From the NCBI GenBank assembly GCA_964491475.1, contig CAZBFO010000001.1, positions 263,538 through 327,537 of the forward strand: a stretch of 64,000 nt of DNA, given 5' to 3'. Shown one piece after another: positions 46,759 to 57,778 of this stretch. Position 1 is the stretch's first letter, and each line of letters opens with the position of its first letter. Origin of the DNA: an uncultured Gammaproteobacteria bacterium (lineage in GTDB: Bacteria; Patescibacteriota; Patescibacteriia; SG8-24). The notes under the pieces are model-generated. The model did not search any database. It saw only the letters and a list, made by a program, of their open reading frames with translations, and was not told the origin of the DNA. The position numbers and the translations under genes were made by a program.

Positions 46759-47364
46759 ATGCCGACCGGCCAGAACCAGTTTAGCGGCTCCCGATCGCCA
46801 GTGATCACCATGGTAACCATGACGGCCTTCGCTTTGGCGGTCGGTATCGGCATCGGTTTCTCTTGGGGCAAGCGTGCTGCAAAGCGAGTCGGCGCAGAAT
46901 CCCCTGCCGGCACGCAGCAAGCACGGGGTCCGTCCTCGCGGACACCGTTGCCGCCGTCGGTCATGGTCACGTTGGTCGGCACTGTCGAGACGGTTTCGTC
47001 CGATTCGTTCACGATGGAAGCGCAGCGTCCGCCGTTCCCGGGAACGTGGTTGGCAGAGCGCAAAGTGCGCGTCGACAAGTCCACCGCTTTCGTTCGCATG
47101 CAGCCAAAAGACGCCGAACAGTCAGCCAAGGACGCGGAAGCATACGTCACGGCGCAAAACCGGCACCCCGCATCTGGGAGCAAGCGGCCCACCCCGTACA
47201 CGGAGACGCCCGCAAAGTTCAGCGAGATACGGACCGGAACGCTCGTGGTGGTGTACGCCTCTCCCGAAGTGCACCTCGAGGACGCCGCGGAGTTCACCGC
47301 CACGCGCATCGAAACCGGCCCTCCGCCCACGACGCCTACGAACCCGCCGAAACCGAAAGGATGA
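46759..47364 (+). CDS. Membrane-anchored beta-rich protein, paralog 3
   Basis: TM (GIGIGFSWG); LVGTVETV..SF, RKVRVDKST, EIRTG. Confidence 0.72.
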   Translation: MPTGQNQFSGSRSPVITMVTMTAFALAVGIGIGFSWGKRAAKRVGAESPAGTQQARGPSSRTPLPPSVMVTLVGTVETVSSDSFTMEAQRPPFPGTWLAERKVRVDKSTAFVRMQPKDAEQSAKDAEAYVTAQNRHPASGSKRPTPYTETPAKFSEIRTGTLVVVYASPEVHLEDAAEFTATRIETGPPPTTPTNPPKPKG

Positions 47365-47390
47365 AAAAGCCGCCTCGTCGGGCGGCTTTT
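47365..47390. terminator. Bidirectional terminator
   Basis: AAAAGCCGCC-TCGTCG-GGCGGCTTTT. Confidence 0.75.
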
Positions 47391-47404
47391 CCGTACCTCG
47401 CCCG

Positions 47405-49816
47405 TTACAGGCGCGAGCAATAGATCCAGGTGTTCGTTCCCCAGGACGCCCAGTACGGGTTCGACCCGTACACGCCGACCATGAACATGCCGTTCGGGCA
47501 GACGCAGTAGGAGCTGGTGCACTGGTAGTACTGGTTGGTTCCCCAGGAATTTCCTTCGGCCGCCAGGTCGTAGAAGATGTTCGCGCCCCAGGAAGTCAGG
47601 CCGTTGTAGGCGGTGATGGCGTTGCCGGAAATGTTGCCGTTGATCGACATGTTGCCGTTGTTGGTGATGATGCCGCTGCCGCTGAACGCGTACCAGTTGG
47701 TGCCGATCGAGGCGCTGGTCGGGTTGGAACAGCCGGTGCAGTAAAAGTAGCCGCCCGTCGAACCGACGCCCTGTACGCCGATGCTGTTGCCGTTGCCGTA
47801 CACGCCGACGCTGCTGCCGCTTCCGTAGACGCCGGTCGGACCGTTGCCGTTCACGCCATAGGTGGTGCCGTTGCCCTGGACGCCGTACGAGCCTCCCGCG
47901 CCGATGACGCCGTAATTGGAACCGTAGGAGTAGATGCCGGTCGGACCGCCGTAGCTGCGGATGCCGTAGCTGCTACCGGTAGTGTAGACGCCGTCAGTGC
48001 CGCCGGTGGTGTAGACGCCGTCGGTGGAGCCCTGGGCGTAGACGCCGTACGTGGAACCGTCGCCACGCAGGCCGATCTGGCCGGTGCCATAGCCGCCATA
48101 CAGGGTACCGACCGCGTTGATGCCCGTGTAGCCGTGGGTGTCGATGCCGGTATTGGGCGAAGTCACGTAGACGCCGGTGCCTGAACCAGTGGCGGAGAAG
48201 TAGCCGCCGTAGGTCGCGCCCGTCGCCGCCAAGCCGGTGCTCGAAAGCGACGAGAAGCTGCCGCCGTAGCTCGACTGGCTGTATCCCGTGACGCCGAAGC
48301 CGGAGTTCGAAGTGCCGTACACGCCCGAAGTGGCGTTGGCGCTGCCGCCGTATACGCCGTAGGTGGTGCCGTTACCGTACACGCCGTACGAACCCGCCGC
48401 GTACACGCCAAAGGAAGGGTTGGGCGTCATGCCGCCGAAGCCGGCAGTGCCGGTCGCGCGCAGGTTACCGGTGACATCCAGCGGATAAGCCGGGGCCGCG
48501 TTGGCCACGCCGACGTACGAGCCGTTGTCGTAGATGAGCGAGTTGCCGATCGACGTGGAAGCGGTGAACTTCGGCACGTAGTTGGTGGTGCCGCTGCCGC
48601 TGATGCCAGCCGGAACCGTATTGGAAATGGTCACCGAGCCCGTCGAGCCCGACAGGCTGATGCCCGAGCCGGCGGCGAGCGAGGTCACGCCGGTGTTCGA
48701 GAAGGTCACCGCACCGGTGCCGCTCGATACGCCGATGCCGGTACCGGCCGCAGCAGAAGTCACGCCGGTATTGGAGACGACGACAGCGCCAGTGGTCGGG
48801 CTCACCGAAATGCCCGCGCCAGAACCGGAGACCGAGGTGACCGGGGCGCTGTAAGTGGCCCACGTGCCGTTGCCGGAAGCGTCAGAAGTGAGCAACTTTC
48901 CGGCGCCAGCGCCCGTGGCCATCAGGAAGCCGGTCATCTTGGCAGTGCCGTTGACGTCGAGCTTCTGGGCCGGCGTGGTGGTGCCGACGCCGAGGTTGCC
49001 GCTACCCTGCATCAACGACAGCAGCGTCAGGCCATTGATGTTGTCGCGGAAGTACAGGTCATTGGTGCTGCTGTTGCGCAGGCCGACGCTCCATTGGGTC
49101 GTTCCGGCGGTGTCGAAGGAGAGCGAAGCAAAATCGGTGGCAGGTGCCTCGCGACGAATGGTCAAGGATGTGGTGCCGCCGTTAGCGATCTTCACGTTGC
49201 CCTGCACGTCCAGCTTGGCAGAAGGTGTCGAGGTGCCCAGACCCAGGTTGCCGTACACGCCCATGTTGAGACCGGTCGCACCGGACCCCCAATTGCCCAC
49301 GTTCAGCGTGGTCACGCCGGAGCCGTCGACGCGGATGGCCTTGCCGCTGGAAAGGTAGGCGTCGCCGCCGCTCGACTTGAGGTCGCCGGTCACGTTGATG
49401 AAGCCGGTCTGCACCGAGGACGGGCTGATCAGCACATAGGGATTGTCGCAAGTGTCGGTGCAGACGTTCCAGGTGCTTCCTGCCGGGCAGGTGCGATTGG
49501 TGACGCAAGCCCCCGAGCTGGAACAGAGCGTGGTGCCAGAAGGGCAGACGCAGCTCAAAGTGGAGCAGTCATACACCTGGGCGGAAGAGCCGCAGGGGCG
49601 CGAGTCCGCGCGGCAGGACGAATCCGAAGCGCGGTACAGCAGGCCGCCGAAACAGGTGGTGCCGCCGCCCGAGGTGGGGCAGGCGCAGGAGGCCTGCGTG
49701 GAGTTGTAAGGGCAGGTCTGGGCGGATGCCATCCCGGCAATCGTCAACGAAGAAAAGACGAAGGCTACCGTGGCCGCGAACTTGCCGAACCGTAACCGCT
49801 GCTGCCGCATGCTCAT
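47405..49816 (-). CDS. Large secreted fibre-like protein 2 (803 aa), paralog of 43152-46607
   Basis: Near-identical Cys-rich N-domain and shaft block; different middle modules and C-tip. Confidence 0.88.
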   Translation of the reverse strand: MSMRQQRLRFGKFAATVAFVFSSLTIAGMASAQTCPYNSTQASCACPTSGGGTTCFGGLLYRASDSSCRADSRPCGSSAQVYDCSTLSCVCPSGTTLCSSSGACVTNRTCPAGSTWNVCTDTCDNPYVLISPSSVQTGFINVTGDLKSSGGDAYLSSGKAIRVDGSGVTTLNVGNWGSGATGLNMGVYGNLGLGTSTPSAKLDVQGNVKIANGGTTSLTIRREAPATDFASLSFDTAGTTQWSVGLRNSSTNDLYFRDNINGLTLLSLMQGSGNLGVGTTTPAQKLDVNGTAKMTGFLMATGAGAGKLLTSDASGNGTWATYSAPVTSVSGSGAGISVSPTTGAVVVSNTGVTSAAAGTGIGVSSGTGAVTFSNTGVTSLAAGSGISLSGSTGSVTISNTVPAGISGSGTTNYVPKFTASTSIGNSLIYDNGSYVGVANAAPAYPLDVTGNLRATGTAGFGGMTPNPSFGVYAAGSYGVYGNGTTYGVYGGSANATSGVYGTSNSGFGVTGYSQSSYGGSFSSLSSTGLAATGATYGGYFSATGSGTGVYVTSPNTGIDTHGYTGINAVGTLYGGYGTGQIGLRGDGSTYGVYAQGSTDGVYTTGGTDGVYTTGSSYGIRSYGGPTGIYSYGSNYGVIGAGGSYGVQGNGTTYGVNGNGPTGVYGSGSSVGVYGNGNSIGVQGVGSTGGYFYCTGCSNPTSASIGTNWYAFSGSGIITNNGNMSINGNISGNAITAYNGLTSWGANIFYDLAAEGNSWGTNQYYQCTSSYCVCPNGMFMVGVYGSNPYWASWGTNTWIYCSRL

Positions 49817-49839
49817 ACTCTTGAGGGGGAAAGTTGCCG

Positions 49840-50850
49840 CTACTTGCAGCAGGCGTACTTAAGTCCGACCGGAATGTTGCATCCCGTGAGCGTGCCGCGT
49901 CCACCGGAGGTGTTGTCGAATGCCCAGACGCTGCCGAACACCGACGCGCTGGTGCTGGTCCAACCGAGACAGTCGCTGGCGTTGAAGGCCGAAGCGCCCG
50001 GCGGACCGTTGTCGATCCAAGCGAAGTTGCCGCCGTTGCTGCGCACCGGATCGCTGGATGTCGAGCACTGGATGCTCTCAAGCATCTCTTCGGAGCGGCA
50101 GACGTGCGAACCGGCGTACTGCGTGGAGCACTTGTCGTCGGCGGAATAGTATCCCGTCTGACCGACGTTGGTGTGGCCCGTGGGCACCGCGGCCAAATTG
50201 GGCGTGTAGGCAGAAGTCGTCAGGCCGACGAACACCTTGCCGAAGCAGCCCGAGGTGCTGATGCTGCCGGTGTAAGTGAGGTTGCCGTTGGGGTCGACGC
50301 GGAACTTGGTGACGCCGTTGTTCTGCAGGAGCAGCAGCGAAGTGTTGGCGGTGCCGCTCTGGATGTTGCCGTAGAGGAGGTTCTGCGTGCCGGTCAGCGG
50401 CAGCGTCGACTTGCCGAAAGTGTTCATGCCGGCAGCCGAAACGCCGCCGTCGATGTCGATCGAGGCGTTCGTCTGCGTGCCCGAAGAACTGACGCGGTTC
50501 CAAATGATGGCCGGGATGTTTCCGCCCGGCGGCAAGGCCGTCGGCGGCGTGTAGGTGGCAGCACTGACAGTATGGATCACGAACCCGCCAATCGAGATGA
50601 TTGCCATGGCGAAACCGAAGAACGCGGCGATGAGCCGGAACGGCGAAGCGTTGGCGCGTACCGACACGGGCAAGGCAGCGGGCACCGGCGCGGACGCAAA
50701 AATCTCGGCAGGCTCGGTGACCGGTACCGACCGCCGAACCGCACGTCTGGCGCGGATCGGTTTCCGCGTGGTTCCCCCGCTTTTCTTGGCGGAAATTTTC
50801 CGCTCACACTTGGGAGCACCCTTTGGCAAAGCTTTGCGTTTTGCCGCCAT
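49840..50850 (-). CDS. Membrane-anchored protein with C-terminal Cys-rich lectin/endostatin-like (DUF1554-like) domain
   Basis: Basic N-terminus, one TM, then GYYSADDKC...HVC...AWI..G...DCLGWTS...C...YACCK. Confidence 0.7.
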   Translation of the reverse strand: MAAKRKALPKGAPKCERKISAKKSGGTTRKPIRARRAVRRSVPVTEPAEIFASAPVPAALPVSVRANASPFRLIAAFFGFAMAIISIGGFVIHTVSAATYTPPTALPPGGNIPAIIWNRVSSSGTQTNASIDIDGGVSAAGMNTFGKSTLPLTGTQNLLYGNIQSGTANTSLLLLQNNGVTKFRVDPNGNLTYTGSISTSGCFGKVFVGLTTSAYTPNLAAVPTGHTNVGQTGYYSADDKCSTQYAGSHVCRSEEMLESIQCSTSSDPVRSNGGNFAWIDNGPPGASAFNASDCLGWTSTSASVFGSVWAFDNTSGGRGTLTGCNIPVGLKYACCK

Positions 50851-50910
50851 AAGATAAGGAAAAATCACCGCTACTATACCATAAGGCGGCCCCCTCACCC
50901 AGCATCGGCG

Positions 50911-50919
50911 TTATCCACA
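50911..50919 (+). promoter_or_regulatory. Perfect DnaA-box in a divergent promoter region
   Basis: TTATCCACA. Confidence 0.5.
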
Positions 50920-50993
50920 ATGCACCGACGTGCAGCGCTTCCCGAAAAACGCTATAGTCATTGCAGCTTTTCCTATTACTAAAAGACAGCACT

Positions 50994-52034
50994 ATGCCTC
51001 CAAGCCCAATGATGTCGCGCCAGTCGACATCTTCGATGAGCTCATCATCGGCAAAGATGCCCTCGCGCGGCATGCCCGGCGCCGGTCCGGTACTCGCCCT
51101 GCTCCTTGCGGGCGCCACATTCATCGGCGGCTACTACCTCGGCTCTCTGGCCGGACAGAAAGCCGGCTATCGGCAAGGCAGCGAAGAAACGAAGGCCGAC
51201 CTCAAGTCAAAAATCGCGGCGTCAGGTGCGTTCCCCACCCAGACGGAAATTCACGCGCTTTCCGGCAAAGTGACTGCCGTCCGGCCTGACGGTTTCGACC
51301 TCGACGTTTCCGCAGCGCAAAAGAACCCGCTAGAAGACTCCGGCCCGGCCAAGCGCTCCATTTCCGTGACCGAAAAGACCAAGATTTCCCTGCTCAAGCA
51401 ACGTGACTTCGCCGAATTCGAAGCCGCGCAGAAGGAATACCTGGCCACGCTCCAGAAAACGTCAGGCAAGACTGATCAGAAGCCGACAGAGCCTCCGCAA
51501 CCGTTCATGTTGGAACCGCTCAAATTGAGCGACATCAAGGTGGGAATGACCGTAGCGGTTTCCTCCGAAGCGAACATCGCCAAGGCGGCCACCATCCAGC
51601 CGACCGAGGTGACCGTCCAACCTGCACCGCCGCAACCGGCGCAAATTCCCGGCGCTCCGGCTCCCGGCACGGTGCCGCCGCCCGGCGCACCGACTCCGCC
51701 GCCCGGCGCCCCGGCCCCCGGCCCCGGCCCGGCACCGACAATCAAGTACAAGAAAAAGCCCCGGCTCACTGCCGGGGTTTTTGCTTGCATGCCAAGGTCA
51801 CCTCAACGCTTGCCCGCGAACTCTTCGCTCTTCACGAACGCCAGCGCCAGGATCGGCGCCACGATCCAGAAGAACCGCCCGTTGTCCGAGGCGAACACCT
51901 GCCGAGTCATCGGCGCCAAGTGCGAGACCGTTTCGGACGGAAGAAATGACAGGATGATGCTCACCAAAAGTCCGACATGGAAGGTGGAGAACAGAATCAC
52001 CTGCCACCACTTGGCCCCCGCGATGCCGCCGTAG
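50994..52034 (+). CDS. Membrane-anchored beta-rich protein, paralog 4, with Pro-rich tail (3' end probably ~51749)
   Basis: TM (FIGGYYLG); LSGKVTAV..GF, RSISVTEKT, DIKVG; the ORF runs through a terminator into the opposite gene. Confidence 0.7.
   Translation: MPPSPMMSRQSTSSMSSSSAKMPSRGMPGAGPVLALLLAGATFIGGYYLGSLAGQKAGYRQGSEETKADLKSKIAASGAFPTQTEIHALSGKVTAVRPDGFDLDVSAAQKNPLEDSGPAKRSISVTEKTKISLLKQRDFAEFEAAQKEYLATLQKTSGKTDQKPTEPPQPFMLEPLKLSDIKVGMTVAVSSEANIAKAATIQPTEVTVQPAPPQPAQIPGAPAPGTVPPPGAPTPPPGAPAPGPGPAPTIKYKKKPRLTAGVFACMPRSPQRLPANSSLFTNASARIGATIQKNRPLSEANTCRVIGAKCETVSDGRNDRMMLTKSPTWKVENRITCHHLAPAMPP
51753..51782. terminator. Bidirectional terminator
   Basis: AAAAAGCCCCGGC-TCACT-GCCGGGGTTTTT. 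Confidence 0.75.
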
Positions 52035-52438
52035 GTCTTGGCCAAAGCCGAGCGCGAGGTCAGCAGGAACAGCAGCACGAACGTCGCCAGGAAAGTGAGC
52101 GCCTTGAAGGCGAAGAAGTTCCCCGAATTCGCCGTACGGTCGAGCGTGTTAATGTACGGCGCGTTGGTGACCACCGCCAGCGCCATGTAGATGTTGACGA
52201 GAATGACGATGACCCGCTCGCGCCCCATCGAGATGCCGTACAGGAACACGGTCACCATGAAGAACAGCACGATGAAGAGGTCCCAAGTGGGCGACGACCA
52301 GTTGATGTGCTGCAGGTAGGTCGTGGCGTCCTGCCCCAAGCGCATCGCGCCGGCAGAGAGCGGCGCGTTCACGTTGGCATTGCTGGCCGTGCTGCTCATG
52401 CTGCCGTAGTTCGAACCGCTGATGATGGTCTCCAACAT
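51803..52438 (-). CDS. Conserved hypothetical membrane protein
   Basis: PTWDLFIVLFF, YMALAV, GLLVSIILSFLP; about 5 TMs; TATACT 8 nt before the ATG. Confidence 0.8.
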   Translation of the reverse strand: MLETIISGSNYGSMSSTASNANVNAPLSAGAMRLGQDATTYLQHINWSSPTWDLFIVLFFMVTVFLYGISMGRERVIVILVNIYMALAVVTNAPYINTLDRTANSGNFFAFKALTFLATFVLLFLLTSRSALAKTYGGIAGAKWWQVILFSTFHVGLLVSIILSFLPSETVSHLAPMTRQVFASDNGRFFWIVAPILALAFVKSEEFAGKR

Positions 52439-52544
52439 ATGGACGGAGTATAGCGCACGGAACGGGGAGTTTAAAGCAACGCCGTGACGAAAAGAAAGGC
52501 GACACCCGCATAAACGGGTGCCGCCGAAAGCAATACGATACTTG

Positions 52545-53279
52545 TCAGGTCCGGTGTTCACCGAAGCTGCAGCCGCCATCGCTGTCGATGGAGGCGAACT
52601 TCGTGCCGAATCCGAGTGAGACCTTGCTCAGCTCGCGGGGATCGAAGGGATCGTCCTTCTCCGGAGCGGAGAGTGAAACCGTTCGACCATCCTTAAGCTC
52701 CAACGTGAATCCGCTGCCGTCGAAGTTCGGCACAAGGCGTGCCACGCCGACGGCAACGATTGCCGCAGACACTTCGTCGGTGAACTTTTCCACCGCTCTT
52801 TGGCGTTCCTCGCGTGCACGCTTAGCCTCTTGTGCCCGAAGGGACTTCTTCTCCTCCTCGCGCCGTTTCGTTTCCTCTGCGGCGCGTTCCTGCTCGCGAC
52901 GAGCGCGATTGCGCTCGGCTTCGTATGTGGGCAAGTGCACCAACTTGAGCGCTACGGCCTCGTAGGGAATTTCCCTCCAGCCGCCGCCGTGGATCTTCTT
53001 CTTTTGCTCTCGGCGGACTTTGGTGATGCTGAAGACGATGGTCTTCACGCCGTTGTGGTCCTCACCGAAGTTCATCCGAGTGTCTTCGCAGTCGATGCTC
53101 GCCGAAATCAGCTCGGTCTTGCCTGCCGTTCCCGACTCGCGGCTGACGATAACGGCGGAACCGTCATCCGTCATCGCCACGTTCCGAACCGGAAGCGGTT
53201 GCCGCATGGGGATGCGCACCGCCCACTCGCCCGAAGAGACTTCAGTCCGCAGCTGTGAAAAGACTTCGTCGGTAATCAT
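52545..53279 (-). CDS. Hypothetical protein with central charged coiled coil
   Basis: 244-aa ORF; TTGACA/TATATT promoter-like boxes in the AT-rich upstream region. Confidence 0.65.
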   Translation of the reverse strand: MITDEVFSQLRTEVSSGEWAVRIPMRQPLPVRNVAMTDDGSAVIVSRESGTAGKTELISASIDCEDTRMNFGEDHNGVKTIVFSITKVRREQKKKIHGGGWREIPYEAVALKLVHLPTYEAERNRARREQERAAEETKRREEEKKSLRAQEAKRAREERQRAVEKFTDEVSAAIVAVGVARLVPNFDGSGFTLELKDGRTVSLSAPEKDDPFDPRELSKVSLGFGTKFASIDSDGGCSFGEHRT

Positions 53280-53437
53280 TCGTTATGTGCCTTCCGTGCT
53301 CGTTATTCATGCGTCGCTGCACCATGCAGAGACAACCAAATATAGCACATTTTACCCATTTTGTCAATCCTATTTGTAGCTATATATAGCCAAAAAAATC
53401 GCCCTATTGCGGACGATTTTCAGGCTAAATCATGTTT

Positions 53438-54493
53438 TTATATATCCCACGATTCCAGCGCCTTGCGCTGCTCCTTGGTCAGCTTCTTGGGAATCACCAC
53501 CGTGACGTGCACCAAGTGGTCCCCGCGCCCGCTGCGCTTCAGGTGCGGCACGCCCTTGCCCTTGAGCCGGAACACCGCGTCCGGCTGCGTCGCCGCAGGA
53601 ATGGTCAGCTCGACTTTGCCGTCGACAGTTTCGACAGTCTCAATGCCTCCGAGCGTCGCACGAGCAATGCCGATTTCCAGCTCGCTGTTCACGTCAAATC
53701 CTTCGCGAACAAAGCGCGGATCGCGCTTAATGCGCATGGCCAAGTACAAATCACCGGAACGGCCGCCATGCGGAGCAGCTTCGCCTTCGCCGCCAACGCG
53801 CAGCACTTCACCGTCGTTGATGCCGGCGGGAATTTTCACGCTGAAGTTCCGCTCGCCCTTGGTAATCCCTTCGCCGTGACACTTCTTGCACGGCTTTTCG
53901 GGAATGGTGCCAGCGCCGTCGCAGCGCGAGCAGATTGCCGCCGTGGCGAAACTGCCCAAAATGGTCTGCTGAATCTTGCGGACCTGTCCCGTACCCGAGC
54001 ACTGCACGCAGTCCACGCGCTTGGAGCCGGCCGCCGCGCCGCTGCCCTCGCACTCGTTGCAAGTGATGGCGCGATGCACCTTCACGTCCTTGTCCGCGCC
54101 GAAAGCGGCCTCGGTGAAGGACAGGTGCATGTCCATCTGGATGTTGCGCCCCGATTCCGGCTCGCGTCGGCCGCGTCCCCCACCGCCGAACATCTCGCCG
54201 AAGATGTCGCCAAAGTCCATGTTGACGCCGCCCTGTCCGAACCCGCCGAATCCCCCACCGCCGAAGCCGCCTTGGTTCATCTGCTCGAACTGCGGCCCGA
54301 ACTGGTCGTACTTGGCGCGCTTGTCGGCGTCGCTGAGCACTTGGTAGGCGGAGTTGATCTCCTTGAACTTCTCGGCGTTGCCCGTCGGCTTGTCCGGATG
54401 GTATTCGTGGGCGAGTTTGCGAAAAGCCTTCTTGATGTCGTCATCAGAAGCGCCTTTGCTCACGCCGAGAATGTCGTAGTAGTCGCGGGCCAT
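53438..54493 (-). CDS. dnaJ: Chaperone DnaJ
   Basis: [13 protein letters not shown] region, four CxxCxGxG repeats. Confidence 0.98.
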   Translation of the reverse strand: MARDYYDILGVSKGASDDDIKKAFRKLAHEYHPDKPTGNAEKFKEINSAYQVLSDADKRAKYDQFGPQFEQMNQGGFGGGGFGGFGQGGVNMDFGDIFGEMFGGGGRGRREPESGRNIQMDMHLSFTEAAFGADKDVKVHRAITCNECEGSGAAAGSKRVDCVQCSGTGQVRKIQQTILGSFATAAICSRCDGAGTIPEKPCKKCHGEGITKGERNFSVKIPAGINDGEVLRVGGEGEAAPHGGRSGDLYLAMRIKRDPRFVREGFDVNSELEIGIARATLGGIETVETVDGKVELTIPAATQPDAVFRLKGKGVPHLKRSGRGDHLVHVTVVIPKKLTKEQRKALESWDI

Positions 54494-54502
54494 GTGGTGA
54501 CG

Positions 54503-54826
54503 TTAGGCGGCGTTGTTGTTGTCCACTTCCGAAACGAAATCCGAATCCGGGAAGGCGTATTCCAGCACGTCCTGGTAGCGCATGCCCACGAAGGTGGCCG
54601 GGGCGACGGTGGCGGCCTCGAGCAGCACGTCGTGCGCCATGAGCGGGTTCGGCGCAGTCGGCGCGACCGAAATCGCCGCCGTGGCACCGTTGCCGAAACC
54701 GAAAGTGAGCGTCAGCCCGTGTTCGCCCTGCGCGTCGCTGACGGTGGTCACCGTTTCGTCATGCAGGCTCTCGTGCGTGGCGCCCGTGACGGTTTCTGCG
54801 AAGCTTGTGCGGTCGTTGAGGTACAT
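54503..54826 (-). CDS. Hypothetical acidic protein within the dnaK operon
   Basis: 107-aa ORF with host-like codon usage, ending 9 nt before dnaJ. Confidence 0.6.
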   Translation of the reverse strand: MYLNDRTSFAETVTGATHESLHDETVTTVSDAQGEHGLTLTFGFGNGATAAISVAPTAPNPLMAHDVLLEAATVAPATFVGMRYQDVLEYAFPDSDFVSEVDNNNAA

Positions 54827-54882
54827 AGTGTTTGTTGGTGGTTGAGTTTGGAGTATTGGGTTGCGAGCGTGAGCGTATGCCG

Positions 54883-55173
54883 CTACTTGGTAGCGTATCC
54901 GATTTCCGCCGGAGCTTCGGAAGCCGTAACCGCGCCGTGCTGCGCTTCGTAGCGTCGCACCACGTCGGTGAGCACCGCCGCTAACCGCTTGGCGTGGCCC
55001 GGCGAGAGGATCACGCGAGCGTTGAGCATGGTCACCGGAGGAAGCTGGTTCATGAAGTCGATGACGAACTCCTCCTTTTGGAACTGGACTTGGGCGGAGT
55101 TGGAGTAGACACCGCGGAGGGCTACATCGTCGGCTTTGACTTGCATCTGGTTTTGGTTGGGTTGGGGGTTCAT
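54883..55173 (-). CDS. DUF3467-like protein
   Basis: GVYSN, EEFVIDF, RVILSPGHAKRL, YEAQHG. Confidence 0.85.
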   Translation of the reverse strand: MNPQPNQNQMQVKADDVALRGVYSNSAQVQFQKEEFVIDFMNQLPPVTMLNARVILSPGHAKRLAAVLTDVVRRYEAQHGAVTASEAPAEIGYATK

Positions 55174-55179
55174 AGAAAT

Positions 55180-55830
55180 CTACTTCTTTAACACATCCAG
55201 CAAACCTTTTCTAAACTCTACTGCCCCGCCATTTGCGGGATGACGTACGAGGACGCACTCCTCCACACCGCAGCTCTTCAGATTCCGCTGAGCAACGCGA
55301 CCGACCGCGACAATCTCCTTAATGTCGAATATGTCGACTAGCTCGCGTAGGAATTTCTGACCCACAGCAACTTCTTCTTCGCTCGGTGTCCGATTGGAAC
55401 GATCTGCTCCTTTCTTGTGAGGATGAAAAGGATACGACGGCCACATTAGAGGAAGTTGCTTAGCGTCTTCAAGCACATTCCAGACAATAGTAGCGGACGC
55501 TTCGCTCTTTATATCTTCCCATTCTTTTGTAGTTCCGTATCCTTTCTTTTCGCCGAACATCAGCCAGCGCCTTACTCCATTCAAAATCTGACGCCGACCA
55601 GTAAACGGGACTCCAGTTAATCTTGCCCCCTTGTATCCAGGTGCCTCACTCAAGAGAAGAACTTTGGGATTGAAGGCACGCATGTCCACGAGGTAGCGTT
55701 GCAGATTCTGACGTCTCACCTCGTTATTCTTGTCATCAAACGAATATTGATTCTTCGTCGTCAATGAGTCGACGGGCTCCTTTGCCAATTCAACAATGAA
55801 TTTTTCTACGCGCTTTTCAAAGGAGCCCAT
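55180..55830 (-). CDS. Uracil-DNA glycosylase superfamily protein (SMUG-like)
   Basis: SEAPGYKGARLTGVPFT, EASATIVW, PFHPH, SNRTP, VRHPANGG; AT-richer than its neighbours. Confidence 0.85.
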   Translation of the reverse strand: MGSFEKRVEKFIVELAKEPVDSLTTKNQYSFDDKNNEVRRQNLQRYLVDMRAFNPKVLLLSEAPGYKGARLTGVPFTGRRQILNGVRRWLMFGEKKGYGTTKEWEDIKSEASATIVWNVLEDAKQLPLMWPSYPFHPHKKGADRSNRTPSEEEVAVGQKFLRELVDIFDIKEIVAVGRVAQRNLKSCGVEECVLVRHPANGGAVEFRKGLLDVLKK

Positions 55831-55834
55831 AGCA

Positions 55835-57751
<1,917 letters not shown>

Positions 57752-57778
57752 ATGGTTCAAGTGGGAAATGTCAGGAAA

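Noticed and set aside
43400-48420. CRISPR-like periodic repeats (CCGTAGACGCC / CCGTACACGCC)
   Set aside because: These are the coding YGVYG repeats of the fibre genes: degenerate, in frame, with no unique spacers or cas genes.
43152-50850. Diversity-generating retroelement acting on the fibre tips or the lectin-like domain
   Set aside because: No reverse transcriptase in the window; the repeated blocks are N-terminal/central and differ mostly at synonymous sites, not specifically at adenines. A remote DGR cannot be excluded.
41669-51782. Prophage tail module or invertible shufflon
   Set aside because: The fibre genes have Sec signal peptides; no capsid, terminase, integrase or invertase, and no inverted recombination sites were seen.
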